From contig JALXBF010000033.1 in assembly GCA_026991575.1 (NCBI GenBank), forward strand, positions 1-64,000: a stretch of DNA of 64,000 nt, in the 5' to 3' direction. Both the position numbers and the translations under genes were made by a program. The notes below the pieces were generated by a model that was not told the DNA's origin, did no database searches, and saw nothing but the letters and a program-made list of their open reading frames with translations. Each line of letters starts with the position of its first letter. The stretch's first letter is position 1. Source of the stretch: Planctomycetota bacterium (GTDB lineage: Bacteria > Planctomycetota > Planctomycetia > JALXBF01). Shown here piece after piece: positions 30,568 through 41,021 of the stretch.

Positions 30568-33210
30568 ATGGCCAGGAAACGACAAGGAAAACGCGCGAGA
30601 AGACGAGCTCCAGGACCATCCACGCCACGCATCATGGACCTGGTCCTGTGGGCTGCTTTTCTTGTGTGGACCTTTTCACTGGGCTGTTTCCTGAACCGTG
30701 ACATGGACATCTGGTGGCACCTGCGCGCCGGGCGGGACATCGTGGCCACCGGTGAGGTGCCTCGGGTAGACCGGTACACGTTCTCGGCTCAAGGGGCGCC
30801 GTGGATCGATCTGCACTGGCTGTTCCAGCTGGCCGTGTACCATCTCTACGAGCGGGGGGGAAGTCGACTCTTGACCCTGGCCGCCGCGGCGTGCGGGACG
30901 TTGGCCGTTGCGATCGGCACGGTCGGGCTCAGGATTCCGCACCGGTGGGGACTGACGCTGGCGTGCTGGGCACCGGCGGTGCTGTTGATGAGCGGCCGGT
31001 TCTATGTGCGGCCGGAAATCGTGACGCTTGTCCTGCTCAGCGTAACCACTGCCGCGGCCCGAGCGTTCCAGGACCGCCCGTTGCTGATCTGGTGGCTGGT
31101 TCCCATGCAACTTCTCTGGGTCAATACCCAGGGGCTGTTCGTGCTCGGCTATGTGGTGGTCGGCGCGTTTGTCGGGGAGCTGCTGCTGCGACGCTTCTTC
31201 GGCCACACCGTTCGGATTGGCTGGCCGTTCTGGCTTGGGGTGGCTGCGTTTCTCTGCGTGGCTTTGGTGAATCCCTACGGCTGGCGCGGCGCGGTGTTCC
31301 CGTTCGTGCTTTTTCGGAAACTGGGCAGCGAGCATGCGTTCTACGGGCAACACATCGCGGAGCTGATGAGCATCCCGCGCTTCATCGAGCGGAACGGACT
31401 GCGGAACCCATACCTGCTCTTGCACCTGGCTCTGATCGCGGTCGGTTCGGCCAGCTTCCTCCTGCCGCTTGTCCGGCGCCGCTTTTCCCCCGCGCTGTTG
31501 GTGATCTGGATCGGCTTCGTGTGGATCGGCTTGCGGGCGACGCGCAACAGCGGTCTGTTTGCCTTCATGGCAGGGGCCGTGATCGTTTCCAATCTCAGGC
31601 TGTTCTTCCTGGACAGAGCACCGGGCCGAATTCGGGGGCGTCTGGCCGGCCGCCTGGCCGGAGTGGTGCTCTGTCTCGTGGGCACCGCTGTCGTGCTGTC
31701 CGGGACGTGGTACCGGTGGGCTGGAGAAGGCAGGCTGGTGGGGCTGGGCGAGCACCCGTTCTGGCACGCGCACGCGGCTGCGCGCGTGGCGGCTGACCCC
31801 AGACTGCCTCCTTACGTATTCGCATACCACGAGGGACAAGCCGCGCTGGTGGAGTTCTACATGGGCCAGGAGAAACGGGTCTGGTGCGACCCGCGCCTCG
31901 AGGTCGTGCCCAGGCAGGCTTTAGAGGAGTATTACGAAGCGGTTGATCTGATGCGGACCGGCGCGCCGGGCTGGCGCGGACGACTGGCCCGACTGCCCTC
32001 CCCGTTGGCGATCTTGCTGGACCATGAGGGGGCAGTGGAGGCAGAGGCGACGTTGTTGGCCGCCCCGGAGTGGCAGTGTGTGCACTACGGGGACGTCGCA
32101 GGCGTGTACGTGCGCGGACGGTTTCCAGGATTTCCGCCGGTCAATTTCCCGGGAAGGTACTTCCGATTGGATCAGGCGGTGCCGCCTGCGAGATGGCCTC
32201 CGGGGGAGCTGAAGCGGGCCGAGTGGTACGTGCGACTGGGCAAAGCACTGCTGGCTCGACCGGCCGCTCCGCCGGACGTTACGCTGGCCGTCTTGCTCAC
32301 TGCTTACCGATGTGGACAACGCTACCGGCAATACGATCCGCTCGACCTGGCGGGGGACCGCGTCCTGGGCATGGCAGCGCTTCAGTTGTGGTTGGTCCTC
32401 TCGGGAACGGATCAGCCGTTGAAGTCGCCGGCGGATGCGGGCCTGTTGCTTGAGCTGGTCGTGGCTCGCCAGCACCTGGGCCGTGTTCTTCAGCTACGGC
32501 CCACGGATTTCGTGGGATTGGCTTACCAGTTTCACACGCTGCGGTTGCTCGGCGACCGGGCAGCCGCGCTGGAAGTGGCCGCTCGATTGGAGCAGCTGGA
32601 GCCGCGCACTGCGCAGGAGCAGGCGCTGCTACCGGTCTTTCGCAAGGAAGCTGAGAAGCTACGGCGTGCTCGAGCCGTGCCTGACCGAGCCCCTGCGAAC
32701 CTTTCCGAACTCGAAGCGGTGACCCGCGAGCTGGTTCGCGCCGGCGATTACGGTCGCGCGTTGGCGGTATTGGAGCGGTATGCGGAGGTGAAAGAGCTGG
32801 ACGTTGACCGAGCGGTGCTGCCATGGGAACTGGCTGATCTATGGGGCTGGCTGTACTTTGTGCGGGGACAGCAGGGGCAGGCACGCCGTGTGTGGCTTGC
32901 ACACACGCCCGTGGCGCCGGCGGGGGAGTTGGCGGTCAGGCTCGGCTACAGCTGGCTGGCGCAGGGGGAGCCTCAGGCGGCCAGCGATCGCTTTATCGAA
33001 GCATTGCAGGTGGCACGCGGCTGGCCAGCGGCCGTTGTAGGTCGGGTGCTGTGCCACGTCTACAGGGGGGAGCTCCCGGAAGCGGTTGACGCGCTGGCCG
33101 TCGCGCGCGCCGACGGCGGGGAGTACGGCTACCGGCTGGAGCTTCTTCGCAGGCTGGTTCGCGCTGCACAGGAGGCATCGGACGGGAGACGGGCCGGTGA
33201 CGGTTCCTAA
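30568..33210 (+). CDS. Multi-pass membrane protein (GT-C-like N-terminus) with TPR-like C-terminus
   Basis: DIWWHLRAG, WLFQ, RPE, LWVNTQG, NPYG; helical C-terminal region. Confidence 0.75.
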   Translation: MARKRQGKRARRRAPGPSTPRIMDLVLWAAFLVWTFSLGCFLNRDMDIWWHLRAGRDIVATGEVPRVDRYTFSAQGAPWIDLHWLFQLAVYHLYERGGSRLLTLAAAACGTLAVAIGTVGLRIPHRWGLTLACWAPAVLLMSGRFYVRPEIVTLVLLSVTTAAARAFQDRPLLIWWLVPMQLLWVNTQGLFVLGYVVVGAFVGELLLRRFFGHTVRIGWPFWLGVAAFLCVALVNPYGWRGAVFPFVLFRKLGSEHAFYGQHIAELMSIPRFIERNGLRNPYLLLHLALIAVGSASFLLPLVRRRFSPALLVIWIGFVWIGLRATRNSGLFAFMAGAVIVSNLRLFFLDRAPGRIRGRLAGRLAGVVLCLVGTAVVLSGTWYRWAGEGRLVGLGEHPFWHAHAAARVAADPRLPPYVFAYHEGQAALVEFYMGQEKRVWCDPRLEVVPRQALEEYYEAVDLMRTGAPGWRGRLARLPSPLAILLDHEGAVEAEATLLAAPEWQCVHYGDVAGVYVRGRFPGFPPVNFPGRYFRLDQAVPPARWPPGELKRAEWYVRLGKALLARPAAPPDVTLAVLLTAYRCGQRYRQYDPLDLAGDRVLGMAALQLWLVLSGTDQPLKSPADAGLLLELVVARQHLGRVLQLRPTDFVGLAYQFHTLRLLGDRAAALEVAARLEQLEPRTAQEQALLPVFRKEAEKLRRARAVPDRAPANLSELEAVTRELVRAGDYGRALAVLERYAEVKELDVDRAVLPWELADLWGWLYFVRGQQGQARRVWLAHTPVAPAGELAVRLGYSWLAQGEPQAASDRFIEALQVARGWPAAVVGRVLCHVYRGELPEAVDALAVARADGGEYGYRLELLRRLVRAAQEASDGRRAGDGS

Positions 33211-33380
33211 CGTGCCCTAATCCCCCGGAGGCGATCGCGCACCTGGTCCCGTTGCCGTGGTTGCAGCCGGTTGCGCGGCCGCATAGGATTGGTGGTCAGT
33301 TGGGGCCGGGCACGGCGGTGGCCCGGTGGCTCGTCCAGGTTACGACGGCGTCCTGTGCGTACCACTCAGGGAGTCATGCG

Positions 33381-34220
33381 GTGGCGACGACATTGAGCGA
33401 CACGAAACGGCAGGAGCTGGAGGCCATCGCGAAGCGGATTCGGCGACACATCATCGCCAGTACGACCAAGGCCGGTTCCGGACATCCAAGTAGTTCGTTG
33501 TCGGCGGTCGAGATCGCCGTGACGCTGTTCTTTGGGGGCGTGATGCGGTACCGGCCGCAGGAACCGGGCTGGCCTGACCGTGACCGTTTCATCTTGAGTA
33601 AAGGGCACGCCGCACCGCTGCTGTATGCTGTGCTGGCCGAGGCGGGATATTTCCCGGTCGAGGAGCTTCAGACGCTGCGTCGCATTGGCAGCCCGCTGGA
33701 GGGCCACCCGAATCGGAAGCGGCTGCCCGCTGTGGAAGCTTCCACGGGCTCGCTGGGGCAGGGGTTGTCCATCGGGCTCGGCCACGCGCTGGCCGCGCGC
33801 CTAGATGGCCGTGACTACCGGGTGTACGTGCTGCTGGGGGACGGTGAGATCGACGAAGGCCAGGTCTGGGAGGCGGCCGCGGCAGCGCGCAAGTACCAGG
33901 TCAGCAACCTGATCGCGATCATCGATCACAACGGCTACCAGCAAACCGGGCCAACCAGCGAGGTCCTGGATATGGAGCCGATTGCGGAGAAGTGGCGCAC
34001 GTTCGGCTGGGACGTCCAGGAGATCGATGGACACGACCTCGATGCGCTCGCCGCTGCGTTTGCGCACGCGACGGCGGCAGAGGCACCGTCGGTCATCGTG
34101 GCGCGGACCGTTAAGGGCAAGGGCATCGAGTCGGTGCTGAAGGAACTGAAAGACGAGAACATGCACGGCAAACCTCTGCCGGAGGAGGCGGCCCAGAAGG
34201 CTTTAGCCCTGCTTTCCTGA
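33381..34220 (+). CDS. Transketolase N-terminal subunit
   Basis: SGHPSSSLS, DRFILSKGH, TGSLGQG, GDGE..EG; GTG start after AGGGAG. Confidence 0.92.
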   Translation: MATTLSDTKRQELEAIAKRIRRHIIASTTKAGSGHPSSSLSAVEIAVTLFFGGVMRYRPQEPGWPDRDRFILSKGHAAPLLYAVLAEAGYFPVEELQTLRRIGSPLEGHPNRKRLPAVEASTGSLGQGLSIGLGHALAARLDGRDYRVYVLLGDGEIDEGQVWEAAAAARKYQVSNLIAIIDHNGYQQTGPTSEVLDMEPIAEKWRTFGWDVQEIDGHDLDALAAAFAHATAAEAPSVIVARTVKGKGIESVLKELKDENMHGKPLPEEAAQKALALLS

Positions 34221-34259
34221 CCAGGAATCAGCCAGGCAATTAAGCGACCGGAGTACACG

Positions 34260-35216
34260 ATGAAGATCGGAGCGCGGATCGGGCTGAGTCTGGGTAAGGC
34301 GACCCGCGATGCGTTCGGCCTGGCTCTAGCCGAGTTGGGCCGTGAGTATCCGGATATCGTGGTTATTGACGGCGACGTACACAACTCCACCCGCACCGAA
34401 TACTTTGCCCGCGAATTCCCCGATCGCTTCTTCAACGTGGGCATTGCTGAGTCGAACATGGTCGGCATCGCGTCGGGACTGGCGGCCTGTGGTAAGCGGC
34501 CCGTCGTGGCCAGCTTCGCGGCCTTCATCTTGTGCAACGCGTTTGATCAGCTGCGCATGGGGGTCGCCTTTCCGGAATTGCCCGTGAAGGTCGTCGGTTC
34601 GCACGCGGGCATTTCAATTGGCGAGGACGGTCCGAGCCAGATGGGAATCGAGGACGTGGCACTTGCCTGCGCCCTGGGCGGCTTCGCCGTGGTCGTGCCC
34701 GCGGACGAACCGAGCACGCGTGCCGCCACACGTGCGATGATCGAACATCCCGGTCCAGTCTATCTGCGGGTTGGCCGGCCGAAGGTGCCGGTCGTGTACA
34801 CGGATGGGTGTGAATTCCAGATCGGTCGCGCGAATGAGCTGCGCGATGGAACGGACGTAACGTTGATCGCGAACGGGTTGATGGTCGCGGCCGCGCTGGA
34901 GGCAGCGTACCTGCTCGAGCAGGAGGACATCAGCGCGCGTGTGGTCGACATGCACACGGTCAAGCCGATTGATGTGGCGGCGATCCAGGCGGCTGCGGAG
35001 GAAACGGGCGGGATCGTCGTCTGCGAGGAGCACCTCCATTACGGTGGTCTCGGGGCAGCGGTTGCGCAGACGGTGGCGGAGACCAGTCCGTGCCGGATGG
35101 CGTTCGTCAATCTGGGCGACCGGTATGCGGAATCCGGAACGCCGGACGAGTTGCTGGAGGCTTATGGCTTGACGGCTGAGGCCATCGTTGCCGCTGCCCG
35201 CCGCGTGCTGGAATGA
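34260..35216 (+). CDS. Transketolase C-terminal subunit
   Basis: GIAESNM, GEDGPSQ, GPVYLR, EEH..GGLG. Confidence 0.92.
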   Translation: MKIGARIGLSLGKATRDAFGLALAELGREYPDIVVIDGDVHNSTRTEYFAREFPDRFFNVGIAESNMVGIASGLAACGKRPVVASFAAFILCNAFDQLRMGVAFPELPVKVVGSHAGISIGEDGPSQMGIEDVALACALGGFAVVVPADEPSTRAATRAMIEHPGPVYLRVGRPKVPVVYTDGCEFQIGRANELRDGTDVTLIANGLMVAAALEAAYLLEQEDISARVVDMHTVKPIDVAAIQAAAEETGGIVVCEEHLHYGGLGAAVAQTVAETSPCRMAFVNLGDRYAESGTPDELLEAYGLTAEAIVAAARRVLE

Positions 35217-35439
35217 GTCTGCTGGCCAGACGTCGGTTCTGCGCAAACACGTGCGTGGGGTCAGCAGGGCGTCTCGGGTAGTCTATTCTGCGTGTGCAGA
35301 TCGTGGAGAGCCCTGGGCATTGAGGTGATCTGACCGGATCAGGCGGACCGCCGGCTGCATGGGCGCGATCGGATCGACTGGCGACTCAATTCTTTGAGCC
35401 GGGGCGCGGCCCTGTGCGCGTGAAAAGGTGGCGCGGGCT

Positions 35440-36150
35440 ATGCCTAGAAGACTCTGGTTGGCAGAGCTTGTGAACGCTCTGGAGGGGGGACTGTATCTGA
35501 CATCGCTGTGCTTCTTGCTATCGCTGTGCGTCAAGTTACTCTTTGGCGGCATGTTCGGGTCTGTGCCTCTAGCCACGGCGTCTACCGTCCAAAGCCCGAT
35601 CGCAATCGCACTCGGATTCCTGTTGTGGTGGCTTCTGCTGGTGCAAAGGTCGCCACGGCCTACGGGCGTGGGGCGTGCAACGCTTGGCTGGCTGCTCTGG
35701 ACAAGCGGGTCGATTCTGGCCGGTGTGGGTCCGGGCATCACTTCGGAGCCGACGCTCTCGGAACTCCTGCTTGCGACAGTGTGGTACTGTGGCATGTTCG
35801 GGGGGTGGGGTGGTGTCTGTTTCCGCGTCGCGTTCGGGCCGGGTAGCTGGAGGCAATGGCTGTGTTGCGCCGCCTGGGTTACTGTCCGTTGGGCTGTCAG
35901 CATATTGAGCGTCATCCTGGGCGGGTTCCCATTCGCGGCAGCACACCCGCTTGTTACCGGATCCTTCATGGCTCTTTCCGGTTTCACCTGGTCGGTGGCG
36001 GTTGTGCTGTGGTGTCAGGACCACAGGGCGGCCGACGACGGGAGTCGGTTCGTCAGTTTCCGAACTTCGGGGAAATCGAGTCGGTATGTCATGGGTACGG
36101 TGAGCGTTCTGCTGATTGTGTTCGCCCTCCGAGGTCTGCGCGGGCTCTGA
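35440..36150 (+). CDS. Hypothetical membrane protein
   Basis: About six hydrophobic segments; no family recognised. Confidence 0.5.
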   Translation: MPRRLWLAELVNALEGGLYLTSLCFLLSLCVKLLFGGMFGSVPLATASTVQSPIAIALGFLLWWLLLVQRSPRPTGVGRATLGWLLWTSGSILAGVGPGITSEPTLSELLLATVWYCGMFGGWGGVCFRVAFGPGSWRQWLCCAAWVTVRWAVSILSVILGGFPFAAAHPLVTGSFMALSGFTWSVAVVLWCQDHRAADDGSRFVSFRTSGKSSRYVMGTVSVLLIVFALRGLRGL

Positions 36151-36216
36151 GCCAGCCGCTGCCCGTTACCGGGCGAGCGTCGTCCGGTCGAATCCTTCTC
36201 GGGGTGTGGACTTCAC

Positions 36217-37719
36217 TCAAAGCTTCGGCCACCAGTGCGCCGGGCCAGTTTGGACGGCGGCAGAAGCGTATGCGACGATCGCGAGCGATACCGCCAACAG
36301 GCGTTCGCCGCGCGCGCGGGCCGCAAGACCGCTCACTGCCACGGCAGTTCCGCAGACGATCGCGGGTAGCACTAGTCGCTCGCTGCTCGCGATCGGCGTA
36401 TACCAACCAAACAGCACCAGGCCACAAACGACCGTCGCGCCGATGCTTCCCCGTACCCAGCCGCCGCAGTACCAGGTCAAGTAGAACGCGGCCAGGCCAA
36501 ACACGGCGCTGCCGAGCAGCAGCCGCACGGCGGTCGGCCCTGGAGGCCCGCTTCCGCGCGCGATGATGAAGCACTCCCACACGATCCCGCGTGCGATGCG
36601 TCGGCACACCCCCTGCCAACCGTGCCGTTCAACGAAACTTCGGGCAGCGCCGAGCAGGCCAGTCGGCTGCTCGATCTGTCCGTCCTCGAACGTGTCGGCG
36701 AACAGGAAGCGAGCGTTGTAGTTGTGTAGCGGGTTACCGTAGACGACCGCATTGCGGACCAGCAGGGGGGATGCGATCGTGGTCCAGGTGACCAGCATCA
36801 GGAGAAAGGCGGAGGTGCTCTCAGCGCGGCGTTTCCGCTGCAGTGCCAGCGCTACGAGCGGCAGGGTGCACCAGAGAAGCCCGGTTGCTTTGGCCATATA
36901 TGCCAGCGCGGCCGCGGCCGCGGCCACAGTGGACCACGCCAAGAAGTCCCTGAATGGCACGCTGTCGGCTGCTCGTAACGCGGCGTACCAGGACCAGAGG
37001 ACGCAGCACGCGAGCGTCCCGTCGGCCAGCACGCTGACGGATGCCCTAAGCACGGCAGCGGTGCAGGCGGCGTACAGGACACCGACAGCGGCAGCTGTAG
37101 CCGAGAGCGTAAGTCGGCAGGTCAGGGCGTACGCGGCCACGAGCGCCAGCGCTGTCGCGGCAACGGAGACCGCCGCGGCCCGGTGCCGCGTTCCGCCAAC
37201 TGCGTACACGGCCAGCGGGTAGAGCGGATGTCGGTTGGCCTCGCGCCACTGTCCTGAGTAAAGATCGGCCAACAATTGCAGCACGCCGCCACGTTCTCCG
37301 ATCGAACGGGCCAGCGCGAGAAAGTGCACTTCGTCGGCGGACAGATCCTTCGCCGTCTGCGCCTGTGCCACGAACGCGGCCACCAGGGGCAGGGCGGCCA
37401 GCCAGGCAAGCCGCGTGGCGCTACGGGCGGTCTCACCGTGCGGCTGTGTCCGGGGAGCCAGCACGGTGATACAGCGGATCAGACGGTTGCGCGGTAGCAG
37501 GGCCAGCGCTGCACCGCATCCAGCGACGGCGCATGCAGCTACCAGTGCGATGAGCGCCTGGGTGGAGAGGTGACCGACTAGCGGTCGGGCGCTTTGGTGC
37601 TCGGTGAGCAGTTCGACGACGGCGTAGCCGGCCACGAGCGCAATGGCAGCAGCCAGCCAGCGCCAGCGGCGCGGACCTAGCGCGTCGGTGTCGAAATTGC
37701 CCTTTGCATACGGGTCCAT
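36217..37719 (-). CDS. GT39-like membrane glycosyltransferase
   Basis: ADEVHFL, NRHPLYP, YMAKATG, SPLLVRN..YGNP, ERLVLP; many TMs. Confidence 0.72.
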   Translation of the reverse strand: MDPYAKGNFDTDALGPRRWRWLAAAIALVAGYAVVELLTEHQSARPLVGHLSTQALIALVAACAVAGCGAALALLPRNRLIRCITVLAPRTQPHGETARSATRLAWLAALPLVAAFVAQAQTAKDLSADEVHFLALARSIGERGGVLQLLADLYSGQWREANRHPLYPLAVYAVGGTRHRAAAVSVAATALALVAAYALTCRLTLSATAAAVGVLYAACTAAVLRASVSVLADGTLACCVLWSWYAALRAADSVPFRDFLAWSTVAAAAAALAYMAKATGLLWCTLPLVALALQRKRRAESTSAFLLMLVTWTTIASPLLVRNAVVYGNPLHNYNARFLFADTFEDGQIEQPTGLLGAARSFVERHGWQGVCRRIARGIVWECFIIARGSGPPGPTAVRLLLGSAVFGLAAFYLTWYCGGWVRGSIGATVVCGLVLFGWYTPIASSERLVLPAIVCGTAVAVSGLAARARGERLLAVSLAIVAYASAAVQTGPAHWWPKL

Positions 37720-37809
37720 TTCTGGTACGAAGGTGGACGCTACAGGCTACATTCCACTGTACCGTGGTCGAACGAAGCGGGTCAGGTAGGCCCCGTGCCG
37801 GGGACACGG

Positions 37810-39441
37810 ATGTCCGGGAAGAAGCGACGCTTACCGCTGAGAATCAAATTTGCCGCGGTTCTCGGGCTCGTGCTGGCGATCAGTGTCGTCCTGATGGCGA
37901 CCACGCTGATCGGCCTCTACGGTTACCGTCGCACGATCAAGGAGCTGGGGACCAGAATCGATGACTTGCCGCGCGCAGCGGAACTGCTGGAGTCGATCGT
38001 CTACCTGGTACACCCGGAGCTGATCCCCGAGTCGGGCGATGTGCGGAACAAGGCTGCTGGACGATCGTTTGCGGCCCGGCTGCGTGCGGTTGAGCGGTCG
38101 CTGGCTGCGTATCGCGATCGCTTACGGAAGCTTGCGCGCGACGGCGACGCGTTGCGGCGGGTTGAGGAGCAGCGGGCTCTGGATGAGATTGACCTGGCGT
38201 TGCGCGAGTTGCATGAGGCGGCCAGGCGTAGCGGGGCCGGTCGCGGCGGGGTCCGCCTGCTGCCGCCTGAGTTGGTGGGGGACCGTTCCGGGGCACGTCC
38301 TGATGAGGCGGCGCTGAGAGAGCCTCTGGCGCGCACCCTCCGATCCATTGGCCCGCTGCTGCGGGGAGCCTTTGCCGACATGGATCGGATGGTGGACCGT
38401 TCCCGAGAGTTGTATCGGAACACGCTTCGGGTGGCGTGGGTCAGCGGCGTGCTGGTTGTGCTCACGCTGCTCGGCTTCGCGCGCCTGTTCTACCGCTGGG
38501 TCTTCTATCCGATTCGCGTGCTGCACCGCGGGGTGAACCGAGTCGGTCATGGTGACCTGGATCATCGCGTGCAGCTCGTCACGGGCGACGAGATGGAAGA
38601 TCTGGCCGAATCGTTCAACGCAATGACCGAGCGGCTGCAGCAGATCTACGTGGATCTGGAACGCCAGGTCAAGGAACGGAGCCGGCAGTTGGTTCGCACG
38701 GAGCGGTTGGCCAGTGTGGGGTTCCTGGCCGCCGGTGTCGCTCACGAGATCAACAACCCGCTTGCCTCCATCAGCCTCGGTGCCGAAGCGCTCACGCGCC
38801 GGTTACGCCAGTTGCTGGATCCGAACGGTGAGAACCGCTACCAGGACATCTGGCGCTGCCTGGAGATGATCCAGAGTGAGGCATTCCGGTGCAAGGGCAT
38901 CACCGAGAAGCTGCTCGACTTCTCGCGCGCCGGCGAGCTGAAACGCGTACCCTCCTCGCTACCCGGCCTGGTGGCTGATGTCATCGACATCGTGCAGCAC
39001 CTGGGTCGGTACCGCGAGAAGCGGATCGTGCTGGATGCTCCCGAGGACGTGGTGGCGGAGGTGAATCCGGAGGAGATCAAGCAGGTTGCGCTGAACTTGA
39101 TCGTCAACGCGCTGGACAGCATGGACGGGGAGGGGACGCTGCGGATCGAGATCCGCCGGGATGATCAGTGGGCGGTGATGGTGTTTGAGGATGATGGCTG
39201 CGGCATGACCCCAGAGGTGCTGGAGAACGTCTTCGAGCCGTTCTTCACCCGGTCTCGGTCGCGCCGCGGAACAGGCCTGGGGCTGTCCATTACGCATAGG
39301 ATCGTCGTCCAGCATGATGGCGAAATCACGGCTCACAGTGACGGACCGGGCAAGGGGAGCCGTTTCACAGTGCGGCTTCCTCTGGTAGCGAAGCGGCAGG
39401 AAACAGGCGAGGAGGTGGATGGTGCCAAGCGAGCCGCGTAA
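37810..39441 (+). CDS. NtrB-type HAMP sensor histidine kinase
   Basis: ERLASVGFLAAGVAHEINNPL, FEPFFT, GTGLGL. Confidence 0.92.
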   Translation: MSGKKRRLPLRIKFAAVLGLVLAISVVLMATTLIGLYGYRRTIKELGTRIDDLPRAAELLESIVYLVHPELIPESGDVRNKAAGRSFAARLRAVERSLAAYRDRLRKLARDGDALRRVEEQRALDEIDLALRELHEAARRSGAGRGGVRLLPPELVGDRSGARPDEAALREPLARTLRSIGPLLRGAFADMDRMVDRSRELYRNTLRVAWVSGVLVVLTLLGFARLFYRWVFYPIRVLHRGVNRVGHGDLDHRVQLVTGDEMEDLAESFNAMTERLQQIYVDLERQVKERSRQLVRTERLASVGFLAAGVAHEINNPLASISLGAEALTRRLRQLLDPNGENRYQDIWRCLEMIQSEAFRCKGITEKLLDFSRAGELKRVPSSLPGLVADVIDIVQHLGRYREKRIVLDAPEDVVAEVNPEEIKQVALNLIVNALDSMDGEGTLRIEIRRDDQWAVMVFEDDGCGMTPEVLENVFEPFFTRSRSRRGTGLGLSITHRIVVQHDGEITAHSDGPGKGSRFTVRLPLVAKRQETGEEVDGAKRAA

Positions 39442-40888
39442 AGGGTTACGCGTGCTGTTTGCCGACGACGAGGCGCATCTGTGCGAGTTGATGCGCATGG
39501 AGCTACCTAGGCTGGGCCACCAGGTATACACCTGTACGGATGGCCGCACGGCGCTGGAGACGCTCATGCGCGACACGTTCGACGTGGCCATCCTGGACAT
39601 TCAGATGCCCGGCCTGCGTGGCACCGAGGTGCTTGCGCACCGCGAGGAACATTTTCCGCACACGGAGGTGGTGTTGCTCACCGGCCACGCCAGTCTAGAG
39701 ACAGCCATCGAGGCGCTGCGGCACGGAGCGTTCGACTATCTGACCAAGCCGTGCAAATGGGCGGAGCTGGAGGCGGTGCTGCGGCGAATCGAGGAGAAGC
39801 GCGAGCTGGCGCACCACAACATCGCCCTTCAGCAGCAGCTTCGCGCCGGCGGCAGTGACCTGGAGCCGCGGTTGGTCGGTTCGTCGGCTGCGATGCGGGC
39901 AGTCCGGGAAATGATCCACACGATCGCTCCAACCGACTGCGCCGTGCTCATCCTCGGTGAGACCGGCACAGGTAAGGAGTTGGTTGCGCGCAGCCTGCAT
40001 GCTCAGAGCATGCGGCGCAATAAACCGTTCGTGCCGGTCAACTGCGGTGCGATTCCCGAGAACCTGGTCGAAAGTGAGCTGTTCGGGCATCGTAAGGGGG
40101 CATTCACCGGAGCGGATCAGCATCGGAAGGGACTGGTGGAGGTTGCCGACGGTGGCACGCTGTTTCTGGACGAAATCGGCGAACTGGACAAGCAGGTACA
40201 GGTGAAGCTGCTGCGGTTCCTGGAGTCCGGGGAAATCCGCCGCGTAGGCGAGAACGAGCCGTTCCGGGTAGACGTGCGTGTCATCTGTGCCACGAACCGC
40301 TCGCTCAAACAAATGGTCGAAGAAGGCACCTTCCGCCAGGACCTGTACTTCCGGATCAACACCTTCGAACTGCACCTGCCACCGTTGCGGGAACGACGTG
40401 AGGACATCCCCGAGCTGGTCGAGCACCTCATTGCCCGCAAGTTGCCTGGGAGGCGGCAGGTGCGGGTCAGCCCGGAGGCGCTGCAGTTGTTGATGGCCTA
40501 TGACTGGCCGGGCAACGTGCGGGAGCTGGCCAACGTCGTGGAACGGGCCCTGATCCTGTCGCGCGGAGAGCAGATCACGTGTGAGCACCTGCCGATCCAT
40601 GTGCGCGACCGCGGCGGCTCGGCGCCGAGCACTCCGGGAAGGGAGGCCGCCAGAGTAGCCCCGGCGGTCGCACCGGAAACCACGCCTGAGGTGCCGGCAA
40701 TGACGTTACGCGACTTGGAACGAGAGCACATCCTACGGGTCCTGGCCAAGCACAACGGCCGCAAGCCGGCGGCTGCCAAGGAGCTTGGCATCAGCCTCAA
40801 GACGCTCTACAACAAGCTCCACCAGATGGTCGAAGAGGGCGACCTGCCGCCGGAGAATCCCTACGTCTCCACCCGCCGTGCCTCGTAA
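39419..40888 (+). CDS. Sigma54-dependent (NtrC-family) response regulator
   Basis: Receiver domain, [29 protein letters not shown], Fis-type HTH. Confidence 0.93.
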   Translation: MVPSEPRKGLRVLFADDEAHLCELMRMELPRLGHQVYTCTDGRTALETLMRDTFDVAILDIQMPGLRGTEVLAHREEHFPHTEVVLLTGHASLETAIEALRHGAFDYLTKPCKWAELEAVLRRIEEKRELAHHNIALQQQLRAGGSDLEPRLVGSSAAMRAVREMIHTIAPTDCAVLILGETGTGKELVARSLHAQSMRRNKPFVPVNCGAIPENLVESELFGHRKGAFTGADQHRKGLVEVADGGTLFLDEIGELDKQVQVKLLRFLESGEIRRVGENEPFRVDVRVICATNRSLKQMVEEGTFRQDLYFRINTFELHLPPLRERREDIPELVEHLIARKLPGRRQVRVSPEALQLLMAYDWPGNVRELANVVERALILSRGEQITCEHLPIHVRDRGGSAPSTPGREAARVAPAVAPETTPEVPAMTLRDLEREHILRVLAKHNGRKPAAAKELGISLKTLYNKLHQMVEEGDLPPENPYVSTRRAS

Positions 40889-41021
40889 CGCACCGCGCGG
40901 CTGACGCGCGCGGCACAGGGATCACCCGCCGGCGCACGGACTTCGGGCGGCTGGCCGGATCGATCGTGTGCGGTAGAATTGGGCGTGGAAGCGATCTTTC
41001 CTCTTGGTTCAAGGATCCCGC